Origin: an uncultured Prevotellaceae bacterium
GTDB lineage: Bacteria > Bacteroidota > Bacteroidia > Bacteroidales > Muribaculaceae
Direction: 5' to 3'
DNA length: 64,000 bases
Assembly: GCA_937898675.1 (NCBI GenBank)
Contig: CALEJB010000045.1
Location: 67,155-131,154 of the forward strand
Shown in pieces: positions 59,707-64,000 of this stretch (positions within the stretch are counted from its first letter, which is position 1; each line of letters begins with the position of its first letter). Below the pieces are notes generated by a model, which was not told the DNA's origin, searched no databases, and saw only the letters and a list, made by a program, of their open reading frames with translations. The position numbers were made by a program, and so were the translations under genes.

Positions 59707-61614
59707 CTAGAGGGCAAGGCGCAACCCAAGGTCGCTGCCGCGGCCCGATGGCGAGTAGCTGTCCCGGCGCGACACACGGCAGTCCCTGGCGTCGGAGTCC
59801 CAGCTACCGCCACGGTACACGCGGTAAGAGCCCGTTTCAGGTCCCGTCGGGTCGGCCTGAGCCGCACTGCTGTAACTGCCCCACCAGTCCTGGCACCACT
59901 CCCACACATTGCCGCTCATGTCATACAGGCCCAACTCGTTGGGCGCCTTGGTGGCAACGGGTTGAGTGCCGGTCGTCTGTAAAGGTATGTTGCCCCAATA
60001 CCATGCCACCGCGTCGATGTCGTTGCTGCCGGCATATTTGTAATGCTGGCTCTTGTTGCCGCCGCGTGCGGCGAACTCCCATTCAGCCTCAGTCGGCAGG
60101 CGGAAATTCTTGCCCGTCAACTCGTTCAACTTGGTGATAAAGGTCTGGCAGTCATTCCACGACACCATCTCCACGGGGCGCTGAAGGTTGTCCGTATTGT
60201 AACTGGGGTTGGTGCCCATCACGGCGAGCCACAACGCCTGAGTCACCTCGGTCTGGCCGATGCTGTAACTCGACAAGGTCACCTGGTGGGTGGGGCTCTC
60301 GTCGGGCCACGCGTAGCTGCCCTGCTCGGCGGTGGCGCCCATGGTGAAGGTGCCGCCCTCGACGGGTATCATCGTGAACGACACGCCGTTGACGGTGAAG
60401 GTCTCGGTTTGAGGTGCAAGCGCGGGGATGGTGATGGTCTGCTCCTCGCTTTGGCTCATCAGCTGGCCTTCGCCCTTGGCGGTGGCGCAGGCGGTGACGG
60501 TGTATTCCTCATCGCCGCGCATGGCGGTATAGGGGTTGTCCACCGCCTCGCCGTTGACATACAACTGCACGGTGCCCTCGCCCGTGGCGGTGATGATGAC
60601 GGCATCGTCACACACCTCGGCGGTGATTTCGGGCACGGCGGTGATATGGTTGATGTCTGAAAGGGCAAGGCGCAACCCAAGGTCGCTGTAGCGGTACGAT
60701 GGCGCGTCGGAGTACCGGCACGACACACGGCAGTACCCGGCGTCGTCGATCCAGCTACCGCCACGGCCCACGCGGCTAGAGCCCGATTCAGGTCCCGTCG
60801 GGTCGGCCTGAGCCGCACTGCTGTAACTGCCGTACCTGTCCTGGCACCACTCCCACACATTGCCGCTCATGTCATACAGACCCAACTCGTTAGGTGCCTT
60901 GGTGGCCACGGACTGGGTGCCATAGCCTGCCGTGCCACTCGATTGGGAGGGTATGTTGTCCCAATACCATGCCACCGCGTCGATGCCGTTGCTGCCGGCA
61001 TATTTGTAATGCTGGCTCTTGTTGCCGCCGCGGGCAGCGAACTCCCATTCAGCCTCAGTCGGCAGGCGGAAATTCTTGCCCGTCAACTCGTTCAAGCGGG
61101 TGATGAAGGTCTGGCAGTCGTTCCACGACACCTTCTCCACGGGGCGCTGAAGGTTGCCCGTATAGGTGCTGGGGTTGGTGCCCATCACGGCGAGCCACAA
61201 CGCCTGCGTCACCTCGGTCTGGCCGATGCTGTAACTCGACAGCGTCACCTGGTGGACGGGGAGCTCGTCGCTGTCATAGTCGCTGCCCTGCTCCTCGGTC
61301 GCGCCCATGGTGAAGGTGCCGCCCTCAACGGGCATCATCGTGAACGACACGCCGTTGACGGTGAAGACCTCGACGCCGAGCAGGTAGTCAATTAAAGCAG
61401 ATATGTCGGCAGGGTTCACGCTGCCGTCACCGTTCACATCGGCGGCCGCCTCGTCGATGGCTGTACCGTTCAGCAGGTAGTCAATCAGCGACGAGATGTC
61501 GGCGGGGTTAACATAGCCGTCACCGTTCACATCCCCTTGGATGTAATTGCCTTCGGCAAACGCGGGAACCGAGAGACATAGCGCTAATAGTAGCGTTAAT
61601 AGATAATTTTTCAT
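59707..61614 (-). CDS. Secreted dockerin + tandem FGE-sulfatase/SUMF1 (CLec-fold) domain protein; probable DGR target
   Basis: Signal peptide; dockerin at 61376..61536; two domains each with RLPTEAEWEFAARGG, NELGLYDMSGNVWEWC and RGGSW...GLRLAL, joined by a small beta-rich linker domain. Confidence 0.92.
   Translation of the reverse strand: MKNYLLTLLLALCLSVPAFAEGNYIQGDVNGDGYVNPADISSLIDYLLNGTAIDEAAADVNGDGSVNPADISALIDYLLGVEVFTVNGVSFTMMPVEGGTFTMGATEEQGSDYDSDELPVHQVTLSSYSIGQTEVTQALWLAVMGTNPSTYTGNLQRPVEKVSWNDCQTFITRLNELTGKNFRLPTEAEWEFAARGGNKSQHYKYAGSNGIDAVAWYWDNIPSQSSGTAGYGTQSVATKAPNELGLYDMSGNVWEWCQDRYGSYSSAAQADPTGPESGSSRVGRGGSWIDDAGYCRVSCRYSDAPSYRYSDLGLRLALSDINHITAVPEITAEVCDDAVIITATGEGTVQLYVNGEAVDNPYTAMRGDEEYTVTACATAKGEGQLMSQSEEQTITIPALAPQTETFTVNGVSFTMIPVEGGTFTMGATAEQGSYAWPDESPTHQVTLSSYSIGQTEVTQALWLAVMGTNPSYNTDNLQRPVEMVSWNDCQTFITKLNELTGKNFRLPTEAEWEFAARGGNKSQHYKYAGSNDIDAVAWYWGNIPLQTTGTQPVATKAPNELGLYDMSGNVWEWCQDWWGSYSSAAQADPTGPETGSYRVYRGGSWDSDARDCRVSRRDSYSPSGRGSDLGLRLAL
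59710..59841 (-). repeat. DGR-type variable repeat VR2 (C-terminal)
   Basis: Differs from 60661..60792 at codon positions 1-2 only, apart from the final Leu codon; variable codons are mostly NNC. Confidence 0.8.
60661..60792 (-). repeat. DGR-type variable repeat VR1 (internal)
   Basis: Paralog of VR2 with the same invariant scaffold and the same 3' end GACCTTGGGTTGCGCCTTGCCCT. Confidence 0.75.
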
Positions 61615-61744
61615 AATGAATTTGTGTTTTTTGCCCCTTGAGGGGCGGTTGATAAAAAGGGTGGTTGTTTTTATTCACTGACGCCCAGTTCCCATGACGG
61701 CTAAATTGGTTATTAAAACAGGGGTTAAAGCATAAAAACGACAC

Positions 61745-61911
61745 CGTGGGAACTATCGAATTGTCACCGATTGGAGGCTCTAGCCTGGGCCCTTTACCAA
61801 GTAACAAACAACAGCCCACGCACTATGCATAGCCGCACCCTCGACGGGCACGCGATATACACGCGGCGCGAGCGTCTTGTCCATTATCCTTGGTAAATGA
61901 AATTGGCTAGA
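61745..61911 (-). ncRNA. Putative structured 5' leader of the dockerin-FGE gene
   Basis: Nested complementary segments TCTAGCC/GGCTAGA and TTTACCAAG/CTTGGTAAA, plus an alternative CGTGGG/CCCACG pairing. Confidence 0.45.
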
Positions 61912-61958
61912 TTTCAAAGATAGGATAACAACGAAACGCTAACGTTATTTTATGTTGG

Positions 61959-61989
61959 CAAAGTTACTGATTATTTTTGTGATTGCAAA
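61959..61989 (-). promoter_or_regulatory. Bacteroidetes sigma-A promoter for the dockerin-FGE gene
   Basis: TTTG (61986..61989) - 19 nt - TAACTTTG (61959..61966) on the minus strand. Confidence 0.65.
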
Positions 61990-62446
61990 GAAATTATTAA
62001 ATATTTCACAAAAAGTTTCAATCCTCACCCCTGGCCACTCACTAAAAATCGGCATTTTGTGCTGTCGCCAAACCACCGCGGCATTTTACCTTTGAAAGCG
62101 GGAAGACAATAGTGCATTTTAACATTCCATTAACATTTCCGCCCCTACCCTTGCAAGACAAAAACAGGCAATAAGAATTGCCAAATAATTAAGAATCAGG
62201 TGTTTTGATTTTTTAAAAGATTTTCTTTGATTTCTGGCGCACAGCGCCATCCAATGGCCGAGAAAACCCGACCGCGGATGCCAAAATTAGTACAATTCGT
62301 GAAATTCGTCGTTTGAAATTCGTCGTTCCTGTTTTTCGCATAATTCGCATCAACGACGCAGGCAATTTTTGTCATAGTTGTCATTGTTGTCTTGAATTAT
62401 TGAAGATGCCACTGCTGTGTGCGGGACTTTTTGTATCTTTGCACTG

Positions 62447-62899
62447 ATGGTTGAACTGAACTTGCCTGAATATGAGCACAAGGTAAAAAAGCGGGACGAC
62501 GGGTCGTGGGCCATTTGGGACCGGCTGCGCAACCGCTGGGTGGCGCTCACTCCCGAGGAGTGGGTGCGCCAGCACTTTGTGGAGTGGCTCATTGCTGACA
62601 AACAGTTCCCCGCCGCACTGATGGGCAACGAGGTGTCGCTGACACAGAACGGCATCGCCCGGCGGTGCGACACAGTGGCAGCCGACCGCACGGGCCAGCC
62701 GCTGGTGATTGTCGAGTACAAGGCGCCGAGCGTCACGGTAACGCAAAAGACCTTTGACCAAATCGTGCGCTACAACATGGTGCTGCACGCGCGCTACCTG
62801 GTGGTGAGCAACGGCCTCGACCACTACTGTTGCCGCATCAACTACGACACCAACAGCTACGAGTTCCTGCCCGACGTGCCGTGCTACGGAGAACTTTAG
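62447..62899 (+). CDS. Stand-alone HsdR N-terminal domain (HSDR_N_2-like) protein
   Basis: LTPEEWVRQH, RRCD, IVEYKAP, QIVRYN and SNGL; TATCTTTG promoter element directly upstream. Confidence 0.85.
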   Translation: MVELNLPEYEHKVKKRDDGSWAIWDRLRNRWVALTPEEWVRQHFVEWLIADKQFPAALMGNEVSLTQNGIARRCDTVAADRTGQPLVIVEYKAPSVTVTQKTFDQIVRYNMVLHARYLVVSNGLDHYCCRINYDTNSYEFLPDVPCYGEL

Positions 62900-62961
62900 T
62901 TTAGTGTGGAGTTAGGAGTTAGGAGTTGCCGATAAACAGAAAAAGCAGTAATTTTGCACAC

Positions 62962-64000
62962 ATGATTACCGAGGACTATCTGTCGAAACTGAACGAGCAG
63001 CAACGAGCCGCGGTGGAATACTGCGAAGGGCCGCAACTGGTGATTGCCGGAGCAGGCTCGGGCAAAACGCGCGTGCTGACCTATAAAATTATGCACTTGC
63101 TCAACCAGGGCTATGAGCCGTGGCGCATCATGGCGCTGACATTCACCAACAAGGCCGCCCGCGAGATGCGCTCGCGCATCGAGGACCTGGCTGGCCCCGA
63201 GGTGGCGGCACGCCTGTGGATGGGCACATTCCACTCCATCTTCTCGCGGCTGCTGCGGCGCAACGCCGACCGCATCGGCTTCAAGAGCGACTTCACCATC
63301 TATGACACGAGCGACTCCAAGTCGCTCATCAAACTCATCGTCAGCGACCTGGGGCTGGACAAAGACGTTTACAAGCCCGCGACCGTGCTGACGCAAATCA
63401 GCAATGCCAAAAACGCACTCATCACCCCCGACGACTACTCTCGCAACCATGACCTGATGGATGCTGACGCCCAGGCCGGGCGGCCCGAGATTCACAGCAT
63501 CTACCGCCATTGCTGGCAACGGTGCCGCATTGCAGAGGCGATGGACTTTGACGACCTGCTGCTTTACACCAACATCCTGCTGCGCGACAATGCCGACGTG
63601 CTAGAGCAGTACCAAGAGTACTTCAGATACATCCTCGTGGACGAGTACCAGGACACCAACTTCTCGCAGCACCTGATAGTGTACCAGCTGTGCAAACAGC
63701 ACAACCGGCTGTGCGTGGTGGGCGACGACGCGCAGAGCATATACAGCTTTCGCGGCGCCAACATCGGCAACATCCTGGGGCTGGACAAATACTACCCAGG
63801 AATCCAGACCTTCAAGCTCGAGCGCAACTACCGCTCGACGCAGACCATCATCAACGCCGCCAACAGCCTGATAGAGAACAACAGCGAACAGATTGCCAAG
63901 CATCTGTACAGCGAAAACCCCGTGGGCGAGCCCATCCCCGTCATCCAGTGCTATAGCGACTATGAAGAAGCCTACATCGTCGCCAACCAGATTGCCTCGC
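62962..64000 (+). CDS. uvrD: UvrD/PcrA ATP-dependent DNA helicase, 5' part; runs off window end
   Basis: Manual translation gives MITEDYLSKLNEQQRAAV...AGAGSGKTRVL...LTFTNKAA...GTFHS...VDEYQDTN...VGDDAQSIYSFRGA...LERNYRST. Confidence 0.93.
   Translation, partial: MITEDYLSKLNEQQRAAVEYCEGPQLVIAGAGSGKTRVLTYKIMHLLNQGYEPWRIMALTFTNKAAREMRSRIEDLAGPEVAARLWMGTFHSIFSRLLRRNADRIGFKSDFTIYDTSDSKSLIKLIVSDLGLDKDVYKPATVLTQISNAKNALITPDDYSRNHDLMDADAQAGRPEIHSIYRHCWQRCRIAEAMDFDDLLLYTNILLRDNADVLEQYQEYFRYILVDEYQDTNFSQHLIVYQLCKQHNRLCVVGDDAQSIYSFRGANIGNILGLDKYYPGIQTFKLERNYRSTQTIINAANSLIENNSEQIAKHLYSENPVGEPIPVIQCYSDYEEAYIVANQIAS

Noticed and set aside
59707..61614. Annotation as a true formylglycine-generating (sulfatase-maturing) enzyme
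   Set aside because: The region that would hold the catalytic Cys motif reads RGGSW followed by variable residues; the architecture fits a binding module.
62447..62899. Type I restriction-modification system
   Set aside because: Only a 150-aa HsdR N-terminal-like domain; no helicase motor, hsdM or hsdS nearby.

Overview
Chromosomal window from a GC-rich Bacteroidales genome. The taxonomy is inferred from TAnnTTTG promoters and gene content; a Muribaculaceae-like gut or rumen lineage is plausible. Most of it is housekeeping: class II RNR, fbp, groESL, queCDEF, tgt, fabD, mlaEF, dapF, glmM, hisS, dcp, mutS2, holA, gpmI, uvrD and a tRNA-Glu. There are two accessory regions. (1) 8.8-14.2 kb is a four-gene surface-polysaccharide mini-locus (flippase, SDR, MenD-like ThDP enzyme, GT2) whose flippase carries an apparent UpxY/NusG-like N-terminal domain. 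(2) 52-62 kb holds three signal-peptide proteins with dockerin domains: two tandem S8 proteases and a dockerin + 2x FGE/CLec-fold protein (59707..61614). The two C-terminal repeats of that protein differ by 21 substitutions, all at codon positions 1-2 and all compatible with an adenine (AAC-rich) template, and a hairpin follows the gene. This is the signature of a diversity-generating retroelement (DGR) target. No reverse transcriptase or template repeat is visible in the window. The lead hypothesis is an inferred dockerin-assembled complex coupling DGR-hypervariable binding modules to proteases.
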